A DNA stretch of 61,961 nucleotides, filler included, from Basidiobolus ranarum (GCA_040143965.1; 5 parts of 5 records of this genome joined end to end with filler, not necessarily neighbours in it), one strand, 5' to 3'. Counted from the first letter of the whole stretch, positions 38,133 through 49,601 are shown. A program made the numbers and translations. The notes: generated by a model from the sequence alone, not told the origin.

Positions 38133-39147
38133 ATGAATACAACCCAGTATGCTTCCCAGCCTTTGAATCCAGAGGATTTGGTCACTTTTGATACTACGTG
38201 GTACAACATGATGAACATGGCGATGTTGATATTCTCGGCAACTTTAATTGTCCACATAAGTAATGCATATAGAGCATTTCGAATGTACACTAAGCATCCC
38301 AGTCATCATCTGTTTATTATGAATGTTGTGGAGACCTTCTGTGGAGTGTCGTGCCACCTATGCCGTGTCTCGGACTATTTCTTTGTAACGGATTGTCATT
38401 TCAAAGGATACTATAATGGAGTTTTCTACTACGTATCTACCGCCTTGGTGACGGGAATATACTGTTTGAGATGTTACAGAGTCAGTCCTCTAAAGTTTAT
38501 CTATGCATTTATTATGGTTGGGTTTCACGTTGCGAAGTTTGCAAGTGAGGTCGATTACTCTCTTGGCCTGGACGCCAAGGTTGGAACCTTTAGGGAATGT
38601 GCGACAACTCCAGGAGGCATTTCGTTTCCTTTTCTCATATTCACCGAGGTATATATGAATGCAGTGATGTTGGTTTGGTGGGCAGCGGCTATAATCTATC
38701 TAGTGCGCAAGAAGTCCGATACACTCAAGAACTTGTTGGAGGGAGAGGGAGCGGGATACACAATGGTGTCGAATATAGTGACCATAGTTCTGTTCACTAT
38801 GGTTATTCAAAACGTTACTTTAAATCTTAACCCTGAAGTATTGATACAAACTAAATGTAAGAACCCCTCCGTAATCTATTTTTCTATCAGTATTTATAGG
38901 AACTAATGTATTTTGGGAATTTCCTTATTTAGGGGCCATCGAGTCAAAATTATGTGTTCAACAAATGCACACCTATCATCTCAAACTAACACAAGAATCG
39001 AACGAACAGAGCTCGCAAGGGAGTAGCGGGCCAAGGAGTGGACGAAGAAAAGTCCATGACTTACCTTTTTGGAGTTGGGGATCAACTTCGAAGGATATAA
39101 AAAGTGGAGAGTCCAAGAAAACCAACGAAATTCATAGTGTTGCTTGA
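38133..39147 (+). CDS. Orphan seven-transmembrane GPCR-like protein, 1 intron
   Basis: About seven hydrophobic segments, a Cys at the start of TM3 (TDCHF) and in ECL2 (RECAT), and LRCYRV at the end of TM3. An intron GTAAGA..TTTAG near 38857-38932 joins QTK/WAIESKL to a Ser-rich polar tail. Confidence 0.7.
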
Positions 39148-40140
39148 CAATAGGGTGAACTTGTTAATTGCCACTCAACTCATCTCCTAGTCGCTCAGCT
39201 CTAACTTTTGAATAAGGGGCACTCTAAATGTCACGTGTCATGAGCTACATTAATTATAATTTCAAGTATATATTTAACACGCAAACCCACGAGTAATGTA
39301 CATCTCGAACATCACCATTGTATTAGCTAGACCTTCATTAACCTAATAAATCCCATACGTTAACGACTGAGGCTCATCAAGTATCTATTTTTGTTGCTAA
39401 CCAGATACCAAATCTCATCGTCAGACATGGAGCTCGATAGATCTGCGACCTAACTGATACCCACGCAGCTACGATGGCGGTAAATCTCTGGTCAAGCAAC
39501 AACGCCGCTTCAGCAATTTAACCAACACTGGGCCATCATTTCGAGGTATAGTGTATCGTTTGCCACGCTCCAACCACAAGTGAGTGGCAAATTATTCATC
39601 ATATCTGATTGGAAGCCAACTCACAATTAAAGAAATCACCCAAATCAGTACATTCCAATTATACTATTTTGTCAAGTCATAGAAATTGAATAAGTCATCA
39701 GGAACCTCGCCACTCTCGTTTAGATTTTGGTTACGGGGTAGTGATAGAGTCCAACTTGGGATGAGGTCCTTATTACTAACAAAGTCACAATCAACCCACT
39801 ACTTAGGCATTCGTCAGGAAAAAATTAGCAGTGTATTCAGGTTGGGCCATTTACGTCTAAAATCGTGGAAATATCTGCCCAAATTAATCTCAATCTCAAT
39901 TCTATATTTCAGTTTATTTTTACTGGCAGGTTATACTTCTCCTGGCATGCCATTGCTTGTAGTGCAATTACTCGTGCCCCAAGAAGCCCATTCTCTTGCT
40001 TAGCAATGCCAACGATAGAGTTGAATGGAAATCATAGTGGGATGATGGTTTTCAATATATAATCATTGAAGCCGTTGGCTATCTGGGAAAATCCAATATT
40101 TGTTTGTAGGCACCTACGCTCTATATCGAGTTCATACAAC

Positions 40141-40998
40141 ATGCATCTACTTCTGGTATCTCTGATATGCTTTATGCCTTACATGTCTCTACGAGTCCAC
40201 GGACAGAGTCAAGACCTGGAAAATTTATACCAAATGAATGCCACCTGGAAGATGCTTCCCACGTTGAAAAATACAAAGTTCTTTAAGGGAAATGTGAAAG
40301 ATCAATCTCGTTTGAAGCTGGTTAAGGATCCTATCTCTGGAACGGATGAGCTGGTATACTCCGTTTCCTATCCTAAAGGAAGCTACTCTCCTTCTGGCTC
40401 AAAAGATACGGGTGGAGTTCACTTTTACGCTGAACCGTTTGGAGACAAAAACTTCGGTAAGGCGATTCTAACATATGAATTGGGTGTTCCATACAGTTTC
40501 GATTGGGTACAAGGTGGTAAACTACCAGGATTGTTTGCAGGTAAGCCGGCATCTGGATGCTCGGGTGGATCGGAGTCAGATGGGGTCAAGTGCTTCTCTA
40601 CCAGGCTTATGTGGCGCAAAGATGGGGTTGGCGAAGTATATGACTACATGCCAAACCAAGGTGACGGATTTTGCCAAGAGAAGCTAGTGACATGCAACAA
40701 AGAGTATGGCGATTCGTTAGGGAGGAACTTTAGATTCTCCAAAGGATGGAATACCATACATATGTTTGTTCAAGTGAATGATCCGGATAAAAAGAATGGA
40801 TTGGTAGAGGTTTATCTAAATCGAACAAAAGTCTTCTCCATGGATTCTTTGCAATACAGAAAATCTTCAAAGCTTGGTATAACTTCTCTGATGTTCAGCA
40901 CCTTTTTCGGGGGCTCGGAGCCTAGGTTTGCTACTCCCGTGGATACCTTCTTGTACTTCAAAAATATTCAATTCAGTGTAGGCGATGAGATTCTGTAG
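40141..40998 (+). CDS. Secreted polysaccharide lyase family 14 (alginate/polyuronate lyase-like)
   Basis: Signal peptide from the ATG at 40141, then YPKGSYSPS, GG..FY, FDWVQGGKLPGL, CSGG, CFSTRLMWR..G.GEVY.Y and FSTFFGG. Intronless. Confidence 0.88.
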   Translation: MHLLLVSLICFMPYMSLRVHGQSQDLENLYQMNATWKMLPTLKNTKFFKGNVKDQSRLKLVKDPISGTDELVYSVSYPKGSYSPSGSKDTGGVHFYAEPFGDKNFGKAILTYELGVPYSFDWVQGGKLPGLFAGKPASGCSGGSESDGVKCFSTRLMWRKDGVGEVYDYMPNQGDGFCQEKLVTCNKEYGDSLGRNFRFSKGWNTIHMFVQVNDPDKKNGLVEVYLNRTKVFSMDSLQYRKSSKLGITSLMFSTFFGGSEPRFATPVDTFLYFKNIQFSVGDEIL

Positions 40999-41603
40999 GC
41001 ACTCTCTAGGATCCTTCTTTAATACGTCTTCAGTTTAAAGAATGTGCGAGCTACCTATGAGAAAGGTGTAAAAGTGTAAATGAAACGAGGTTTGTTGTGT
41101 AATTTGGTCAAAATCTATTCACTCGCATAATGAATCGATTATTAGATGTTTGACTTGAAATGACACTGTCAACATCAGGACCTTTGCCACATTATATTTG
41201 TTTTCCAAATTCTGGATATTCTCATTTAGTACCATGTGAGGGAGCGAGGCAACGTCAAACATTACACAAAATCCAATAAAGTTCCTACGGAAACCCATGA
41301 CTATCCCTATAAAATTAGCAGTATGATGCAGATCAAGTATCAGATGTCTGGTTTACGTTTCAGATAATTCATGTACACAGTGGGTTTCGAAATTAGTTTC
41401 TTTCTGGCCGACATCTAGGGAACTCATCCTCTTATATAAAGATCTCGTGTGCGCTGGACTTGCAAGAAAGTGGGGCACTCAAATTCCTTTTTCACTCTCC
41501 AAGATCCGTTCTGGTTCATCGTCACTTCTAGTTCTCATTGTTGAATATTGCCAATCTAGAACATATTTCTGCTCTTCCGGTTAGCCCTCGATTCACAAAG
41601 AAA

Positions 41604-43181
41604 ATGAAAAGTACTGTATTTTTGGCAATTGCTAGTTATGCCCTAGTCTCGTACTCCCCCGTTGACGCTGGCCAAAATGCCAATGGAGCTTCTGGATATG
41701 CGGTACTATCTGCATCTAGAGGGGTTGCTCCTAGAGCGCTTGGCAATGGTCAATTCAATTCAGGGTATGGCGTGTCTGCCAACAATGAAGATGACGGAGA
41801 TACCTGGAACAACCTCTACGGGAACCTCGGTTCTTGGGATGCGAATAGTATTTTGGGAAACAAAATCTATTACTCGGCACAGAATAGACCATATAGACGC
41901 AGTTATCTTGTTAATCGTCCTTATTCTTCTAGATATGGCGGTCTTGAGGGTAGTCTTTTGATTCCTCGTACGTTGGCTATGAATCAATATGGTCGTGGTT
42001 ACTTTAACAAGGATCCATCGAAAAAAGGAATCATCAATAACTGGAAATCATGGAGAAAGGCTGGCGGACCACTGGAAGAGTTCGGAGCAGACTATTTTCA
42101 ACAGCATCCCTCAAGACGAAAGTTCATTGATCGGGCTAACGAACTTCGTAAAAACGGCTTCGTCTGGCCATTTACAGATGGTGCCTTCAATTTGCCATCA
42201 TTAGCGAGGCCTATATTTTCTGGGTCAGGTAAAGGAAGCCTTAATACTGAGTACAACGGTTCCCTCAAGTGGGAATATAAAGGTGAATCAGGTTCTGTGG
42301 AGCCAGGCAAGCCAAATGGGTACAAGGACCCTATGACTCCCATTAGAGCGGTACAGCCGGTACATCCGCCAAACTTCAATAACGCACCTATAGTTATTCC
42401 CATTCCACAACGAAGTGGGATTCCACCGTTATTTGCGACCAAGGTGGATCAGGTAACGATGAAGGGCGCCAATTCGGTCGTAAATGTGATTCGACCAATC
42501 TTACGGGTAGAGACCCCAAAGCATCCTGATAGACAGCCTTGGATGGCATTTACCACCGATTCTGAACGTTACAGAATTGTTGGTGAGGGTGATTATGGAA
42601 GCACACAGAGAATTGTTGGCCCTATGGAAGGAGTTCAGAGCCCTTTCCCGATTAGACCTGGTACATACAACCCTGGCCAATGGTCTAACCAAGCTGGGCG
42701 CTATCCAGGACAGTCAAACTGGAATTATGGATATTACGACGGACCAGCAGACCAAGGATATGATAATTCAGAATATGACGGCCCACGCATGGGAATCATG
42801 GAATACAACTCGGTTCTTCGCAGCAGAAATAATAGACAGTGGGGCTATGATGACCTCTACAACGAGGGAAGAACCGCTGGGCCAGACTTCACAATCCTGA
42901 ATCAAGCTATGAACCGAAGAGAGAATGGAGGAAACAATTATAATCAGAGGTTAGGGACTGGGGTTAGAAATGTTGGTGAGCTCAACGGAGTTCGCCCCAT
43001 AATTGATTCTGGCTCGCTAAGAAAGTCAGGTCCTTCCGACGAAGAATTGAGTATAATCTTGAAAACAATTAATGAGCCAGGCAATCAGAGCTCTGGCCCA
43101 CCTAGATTCTCAGGAGTTTCGGAAAAGCCAGGCTCGGACTTGGCCGGTAAAGACTTGGTCTTTGATGACGAAGACGACTGA
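41604..43181 (+). CDS. Secreted G/N/Y/P/R-rich low-complexity protein of unknown function
   Basis: Long intronless ORF with signal peptide MKSTVFLAIASYALVSYSPVDAG, upstream TATATAAA near 41433, and an acidic C-terminal tail. Confidence 0.8.
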   Translation: MKSTVFLAIASYALVSYSPVDAGQNANGASGYAVLSASRGVAPRALGNGQFNSGYGVSANNEDDGDTWNNLYGNLGSWDANSILGNKIYYSAQNRPYRRSYLVNRPYSSRYGGLEGSLLIPRTLAMNQYGRGYFNKDPSKKGIINNWKSWRKAGGPLEEFGADYFQQHPSRRKFIDRANELRKNGFVWPFTDGAFNLPSLARPIFSGSGKGSLNTEYNGSLKWEYKGESGSVEPGKPNGYKDPMTPIRAVQPVHPPNFNNAPIVIPIPQRSGIPPLFATKVDQVTMKGANSVVNVIRPILRVETPKHPDRQPWMAFTTDSERYRIVGEGDYGSTQRIVGPMEGVQSPFPIRPGTYNPGQWSNQAGRYPGQSNWNYGYYDGPADQGYDNSEYDGPRMGIMEYNSVLRSRNNRQWGYDDLYNEGRTAGPDFTILNQAMNRRENGGNNYNQRLGTGVRNVGELNGVRPIIDSGSLRKSGPSDEELSIILKTINEPGNQSSGPPRFSGVSEKPGSDLAGKDLVFDDEDD

Positions 43182-43699
43182 GACAGGCTCTCTAAACATA
43201 TATTCGGAAGTAAGCGGAAATAAAGTGCCTTTAGCACAAAGTTGACCACCATACTTATTAATTTACGTAAAAATAATTAGTTAGACGACATCAGAATCAA
43301 TATGATATCACCAAGCTCATACCTTTGACTTTTGTCAACAATCTCTAGAAAAAGCATAAATCAATGCAGCTATTCCAATTAGTCCAAATTATTGACTGAT
43401 TCCATACATCATCTATATTGCGTCACTAGCAGAGTTAGAGTCTAATGACGTCGATTCTGAAAATAGATGGATCAGCACCAATTGAGTTCGTAGTTACTGG
43501 AAAAAAATGATTGACACCCAAATGGGATTTCTTACTAGTGGCGTTTCGTTCAATATTTAGACTGTCTACGAAATGAATAGCCATTGAATTTTCTAGCAAT
43601 TAATTCTGCTTTTGTTGTATTTAATGAAACCTTGCTCTCAAAATAATCATTTCACTTTTGGAATTTTTCACTACTTGAGAGAAATACGATATCTCACAC

Positions 43700-45316
43700 A
43701 TGGACGCTGTTACTAACTTACTAGGCGGTTTTGTGGACAAATTCGAACCTGCTATTCGCCAGCACGTAGAACGTAATGTTGAAGAAACAAAAGGTGTTCT
43801 TATTCAGAGTCTACCTCCCGCCCTTCAAGATGTTCTCAACCCTGGTGGTAGCATGTCAGGCGAGCGATCCCTTGATCGAAGTTTAGTAGATGCTATTAAG
43901 AACAAGGTTCAGAACAAATTCGGAAATGTTTTAGAAAATATTCAGGAGAAGCTTCGGGTTATTTCCCAAGAGCAAGTGAATAGAGCCAGTACCGGTACGG
44001 TTGAATTTTTAACTCAAGCTATCGTCAAAGAAAGCAAGGACTGTGTGACGAATAAAGTAGGAGGATTTTTGGCTCATCAAAAAAAAAAAGGTGAGGAAGG
44101 AAGTCGCGGTATTAGTCTTGATTTTATCAACCAAGGACGACAAGCAGCTATTTCCAGATCTATGGAACAGATAGAACCCAAAGTACACCAGAGTGGCCTT
44201 GAGATTTACAACAAGCTAGTTTCTGGTATGCCCGAAGCTGTACAACAACTTCTAAATCCTGGGGGCAGTGGCGAAGCAACTCGAGGAATTCTAGACGACG
44301 GACTTCGGAAAGTCTTGGATCGTGTACGTGAGGTGGTTCAACAAGTTGTTGGAAACATTATGCCTACTTTCGAAAAATCGATTCTACAAAATATTCAACG
44401 AGAATTGGAGAGTAAAGTACCTGATCAAAACCTTGTTCTCAGTTTTGTTCAAAAATTCGCCTCAAAAATCGAACTAGGCAAATTTGGCAACCTGGGTACT
44501 TTACTTGGTAGTGTATTAGGTGCAGGAGCAGCTGGTGGAGCCGTTGCTGCAACTCAACACAGCAGTGGCGGAACCTCAGGAGGATTACAAGATAATTACG
44601 GCTCCTCACAAGGCCAGTCTAATTATGGTAGCTCTGGTCTAAACAACAATAGTCCAGGATACTCGTCAAGCACAAGTACCCAAAATTACGGTCAGCCGTT
44701 AGGCCAGGGAAATCACGATCAGCCCCAGCACAGCCGCAACTACCCTAGTGTGCCAAGTGAAGGTAACTACAGTCAACCTTCCAACCAAGGTAATTACAGT
44801 CAACCTTCCAGCCAAGGTAACTACAACCAGCCATCCAGTCAAGGTAATTATGATCAACCGCCAAGTCAAAGCAACTACAACCAGTCATCGAACCAGAGCA
44901 GTTACAATCAACCGCCAAGCCAAAGCAACTACAACCAGTCATCGAACCAGAGCAGTTACAATCAACCACAAAGTCAGGGCAATTATAACCAACCACCAAG
45001 TCAGAGCAATTATAGCCAACCGCCAAGTCAGGGTAATTACTACCAACAACCAAGTCAGGCTGGTTACAATCAGCCATCAAACCAGAGTAGCATGGACTAT
45101 AGTCAAACTGGGGGATACAATCCGTCACGAGAGTTTCAGCCAGACTCACGTGAAATGCGAGATACCGCTGTAAACTCCCCACCCTTTCAGTCAAGTTATC
45201 AACCTGGAGGCTTTGGTATACCTAGAATTCCTACACCTGAAGATTATCAGCAACCGCAGCGACCTGGAGGGCAAGATGACCTCTTCCCTGGTGGTTTCTA
45301 TCTGCCCAAGCAGTAA
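43700..45316 (+). CDS. Unknown protein: amphipathic helical repeat N-domain, Gly/Ala segment, Q/N/S/Y prion-like repeat C-domain
   Basis: 538-aa intronless ORF with LNPGGS twice, xxRG/SI/L linkers three times, and about 12 nonapeptide repeats PxxQxNYxQ. Confidence 0.85.
   Translation: MDAVTNLLGGFVDKFEPAIRQHVERNVEETKGVLIQSLPPALQDVLNPGGSMSGERSLDRSLVDAIKNKVQNKFGNVLENIQEKLRVISQEQVNRASTGTVEFLTQAIVKESKDCVTNKVGGFLAHQKKKGEEGSRGISLDFINQGRQAAISRSMEQIEPKVHQSGLEIYNKLVSGMPEAVQQLLNPGGSGEATRGILDDGLRKVLDRVREVVQQVVGNIMPTFEKSILQNIQRELESKVPDQNLVLSFVQKFASKIELGKFGNLGTLLGSVLGAGAAGGAVAATQHSSGGTSGGLQDNYGSSQGQSNYGSSGLNNNSPGYSSSTSTQNYGQPLGQGNHDQPQHSRNYPSVPSEGNYSQPSNQGNYSQPSSQGNYNQPSSQGNYDQPPSQSNYNQSSNQSSYNQPPSQSNYNQSSNQSSYNQPQSQGNYNQPPSQSNYSQPPSQGNYYQQPSQAGYNQPSNQSSMDYSQTGGYNPSREFQPDSREMRDTAVNSPPFQSSYQPGGFGIPRIPTPEDYQQPQRPGGQDDLFPGGFYLPKQ
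44753..45091 (+). repeat. Coding 27-bp tandem repeat (9-aa unit PSSQGNYNQ)
   Basis: Visible periodicity of CAACC.CC.AG.CAA.G.AA.TA.AA, with a 54-bp higher-order duplication encoding PPSQSNYNQSSNQSSYNQ twice. Confidence 0.9.
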
Positions 45317-46260
45317 ACCCAATGTATTTGCATAGTTCTTTTCGGTACAATTCAAATGATAAATTGTATATACTGATGTCGAAAACAGTCTTCAAATAAA
45401 ATTCGCGACACTCAAACAAAACTCTACATTGTACAAGGAGCTTGGGAACAAAGACTGTGTTGGTGCTAAGCAACTGATCTCTTGCCGATGCTTAATAGCG
45501 AGAGAAATCTGCACTTCCGATATAAGATAAGTTAGCTGCAGCCAGCGTCACGAGTATGTGTAATAAAAAAATACTACACTGCTTCTGTATATATATATTC
45601 AAAACTCCACCACCATCAGTGGTCGTTGGAGCATCCTCAAGCTCTAGACAAATAAAGCTGATGGGGCTTAGCGAAAACCAGTGTTTTTCACAACAGAAAT
45701 TAGATTAAACTTGGGTGCTATTTTGATTCATAGATACCCCAAAACTGTTACAATTAGTCCAAAAGAGAGAACCAACTTCTTTTATTTTTTGTTGAATCTT
45801 AAAATACGTATTCGTTGACTTGCGTGCCAGCTTAGACAAAGAACTGGTACATCTCGCAGTATATTGGATTGGATATAACAGACAGTCCAATATGTTTTGC
45901 AAGGGTGATGATGCGAAATGAGAAACACATATCGAGCGGTGTAACATAGCATCGTATGCAGAGCAATTTATTTTCAAATCTATCGATCGATACTCTGGAC
46001 GAGCCATAAACAAACAACTTGGAAGGGAATCACGGAGAGCAACATAATCGTAAGAAAAATTTGGTTTCCTTCGTATCTATTGGCTGAAAACACTTGTTGG
46101 TGTGTAATTTGTTTTGACATTCATTAATTATGACAATAGAAGCACACTGATGTTTATTTTTTTGAAGTTCATTCGTGGTATTCAAAAAACTGCTATAATA
46201 GAGGTTACATACCATACACTTGTATTCAACATAGACTTTTAATTTGTATTTTAGCTTCAA

Positions 46261-48415
46261 ATGTTTGTTCAGAAAAAGAAAGGCACTAGTACTGGTCTCA
46301 AACCAAAGCCTGCCTCGTCCAGGGCTTCAAATCCTTCAGTAAACCCTCTTGGAAGCCAAAGTTCTCAAAGCCCAAGTGGTTTTTATCAACCAAGAGGTAA
46401 TTTTCAAGGTGGGTCAGGTTCTAATTGGAGTGGTTCACGTAACTCCGGCGGAGGAAATCCTATTCTCGCTGTGATGCCAAAGACTAGCTCTGTGTTAGCT
46501 AAACCTACAAAACCAATACAAAGAAACCCCGCACCAAGCAGTTTTTTCGGTAGCGGTGCAATCCGTAACAAGGCAATGTCGGGAGCTCGCTTTAATCCTT
46601 TGGCGCGTTCAGGCTCCCCGTCAACAACTGGAAAAACCTCAGGTTTTAGTTCAAATATTCCAAGTCGACCTAACGTATCACTCTCCGAGGAACAAAAAAA
46701 AGTCCTTTACCTTGCTTTGGATCATCACCAAAGTATCTTTTTTACTGGTTCTGCAGGTTAGAATCCACACTCAATTTTAACACTATATATATTACTGAAC
46801 TTCTGTTACTATTTCGAAATCAGGAACGGGAAAGTCTTTATTATTACAAGAGTTAATCTATCAAATGAAAAGTAAATATAAAAGAGATGAGGTGGCTGTG
46901 ACCGCGTCCACTGGTGTTGCAGCTTGCAATATTGGGGGGTCAACCATTCACAGTTTTTCGGGAGTTGGCATTGGCCAAGGGCCCGCAGAAAGTTTGTTGA
47001 ATGTCGTGCTGAAAAACAGATTTTCTACAATGAGGTGGACAAATACCAAAGTATTAATCGTGGATGAGAGTAATTATTCTTCCAGTATAACTATCATTGA
47101 TTTTCTCGCTTTCTCCTCACCATCTTGCCTTAGTATCCATGCTAGATGGAGATTTTTTCGATAAGTTGGAGTTTATCGCACGAAAGATTCGCAAGAGCAA
47201 TCAGCCATTTGGGGGAATCCAGGTTTGTCGTCCACAACTAATACCAATTGACTTTGGGCTATAATTAATTCTGTTTTGCGAAACTAGATTGTAGCGACTG
47301 GGGATTTTTTTCAGTTGCCACCGGTTAGTAAAGAGAGTAAGTTCTGCTTTGAAGCCGCTCAGTGGAAAAACGTTATCCAAAACACTATTCACTTGACGCA
47401 AGTGTTCCGTCAGCGCGACAAAAGTATGTATACTTCCATTAACAGTGTGGTTCTCAGTTTCTCAACTATTTGTGACTCTAGACTTCATCAAAATTCTTAA
47501 TGATTTACGTGTTGGTGTATTGACTCCCGAGTCGGAGGCCATATATTCCATTCGCTTAAGCGAGTCCCTCAATTTCCTAATGATGGGATTCAACCAACTC
47601 AACTGTAAGACTGTTTTGGCGTGGCTCGTCCTGAGCACATAATCTACTGTAAGCTAAAGATCCTTTGTTTTTTATGCTCATAGATTCGCGTTAAGAGGAG
47701 AGGTTGAGGCCGCTAATACCCGAAAGTTGCATATACTCCCCGGAGAGAAGCGCCGCTATATTGCGTCGGATACTGGAGAGGAACATCACAAAAAGAAATT
47801 GAGCAACAATTGCATTGCGCCACAAGAGCTCGAGCTGAAGCTGAATGCTCAAGTGATGTTGATCAAAAATTTAGATACGAATCTGGTCAACGGAAGTCTG
47901 GGAAAAGTGACAGCATTCGATAAAGAGACCGGATATCCAGTCGTTACATTTTCTAATATTGGGGGAAATGCTCGAGAGTATTTAACTATAACAGTGGCTC
48001 CTGAGAGCTGGAAAATGGAACTTCCTGGTTTGGGAGAAGTGGCTACTAGGACGCAGGTAAGTATCTAGATAGCTTGTTGATCACTCACCCTAATTGCCCA
48101 CTAATGAATTGTACCATGTCTAACTCCAGGTTCCATTGATTCTTGCATGGGCTATCTCAATCCATAAAACTCAAGGTCAGACTCTGCCGCGTGTTGTAGT
48201 CGACCTCGCCAAAGTTTTTGAGAAAGGTGAACATTCCTACTCGTATTAGCTTCTCTACACTATTCTTATAGCTAATACACTGTATAGGTCAAGCATATGT
48301 TGCGCTCAGTCGAGCTACCGGACTAGAGGGCTTACAAGTATTGAACTTTGACAAGCGCAGAATTATGGCTCATCCAAAGGTCGTTGAGTTTTACTCAAGC
48401 TTGGCACGGCGTTAG
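46261..48415 (+). CDS. pif1: Pif1-family 5'-3' DNA helicase (multi-exon, apparent frameshift near 47541)
   Basis: [73 protein letters not shown]...[37 protein letters not shown]. Confidence 0.93.
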
Positions 48416-48932
48416 ATGCTTGCTTTCGATGTAGATCTCATCTATTTTTATCTGACCTCACATTGCAACCTTTTCATTATTCGACAAGCACAACATCAAG
48501 CATAGTTTAAACTTCATGGAAATTAATATTAAATCTCCTTTTCTCACAACATGGTTGTCGATAGTTCGTCGCATAGCTTTGTTTTAGAGATGTCAGTTCA
48601 TATCTATTACTGTGGCCCTTCATTGATTTGTTTATATTACTAAACTTGGTGCATATCTTGCTAGGCTTTGAAAGAATACCACTGGGCTTGAAAATTTGTA
48701 ACAAATGGGCGTCGGGTAATAAACACTTTCCTTGACAAATTTGCTGAGTATCTGCCATAACGTTGACTTGTCTTTATGTAATCTAATTATACAAGTAACA
48801 ATGATCATGTCATAAAGGTAAATAAAGGAGTTACGTAGAATACGTTTCAATATCAAATGCTTCTATACTTGATGAAACATGTATTTATTTGAAGAATATG
48901 CAGTAATATGTATGCTTAAATTAATCAATTTC

Positions 48933-49601
48933 TTACACTCTGTAACCGAAGACACGAAGACGCTTGAATCCACCATCTGGGTAAAGGGTAGCACGTACAT
49001 GGGTAAAAACCTTATCTTTGGGAGTCAAATCCCACTCATGTTCTACATCAGCGGCAGTCTTTTGCTTGGGAGAGATGGTTGTCCAGAAGCCCTCTTGCGT
49101 GGAGGCTGGGTCATTCTCAGGATTTTCTTCCTGTGAGTTACAGGCTTCTAATGACGCTTGGGCGGGGAAGTTACCGCGGAAGTGAAGAGTATCGAAGATA
49201 GCCTTCTCAAGACGGCCAGGAACGCCTAGCTTGGCAATCAAGTAGTCGACATGGCCTGGTGTACGAGAACGCTTGGTCTCCCAGCCATCACCCATGTTCT
49301 CACCACGGGTGGGCAAGATTACATTGGAGGCGGGAGAAAAGTGATCATTGGAAGAGACAACAACGCGAGCACCATTTCCCACATAAGCCAGATCAACTAA
49401 CTCTTCCTTGTTCTCAGGGAAGATGGGGACAATGGTGCCGTACACACGGAAGCGAGCAATACCTCCATCAGGGTACTGATTGATACGAACAAAGTTATAA
49501 GGGGTGTTTGCTGGGTTGTTGAGAGCGAAGAAGTGCTTGTAAGTAGGCTGAAACTCGACCTTGGGAAGTAGCTCTTTCCATTCATACTTGATCTCGTCTC
49601 C
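48933..49601 (-). CDS. Allantoicase, 5' partial at contig end
   Basis: Open from the contig edge: NQYPDGGIARFRVYG, VDLA...NGA, MGDGWETKRSR, DTLHFRGNFP, LYPDGGFKRLRVFG (two allantoicase repeats). Confidence 0.93.
   Translation of the reverse strand, partial: GDEIKYEWKELLPKVEFQPTYKHFFALNNPANTPYNFVRINQYPDGGIARFRVYGTIVPIFPENKEELVDLAYVGNGARVVVSSNDHFSPASNVILPTRGENMGDGWETKRSRTPGHVDYLIAKLGVPGRLEKAIFDTLHFRGNFPAQASLEACNSQEENPENDPASTQEGFWTTISPKQKTAADVEHEWDLTPKDKVFTHVRATLYPDGGFKRLRVFGYRV

Noticed and set aside
19253-39147. KEP peptide gene and 7TM receptor as a ligand-receptor gene cluster
   Set aside because: They are on different contigs separated by two artificial spacers, so there is no evidence of linkage.
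44745-45194. Cys-rich antisense ORF and Thr-rich alternate-frame ORF
   Set aside because: Shadows of the 27-bp coding repeat in the 43700-45316 gene.
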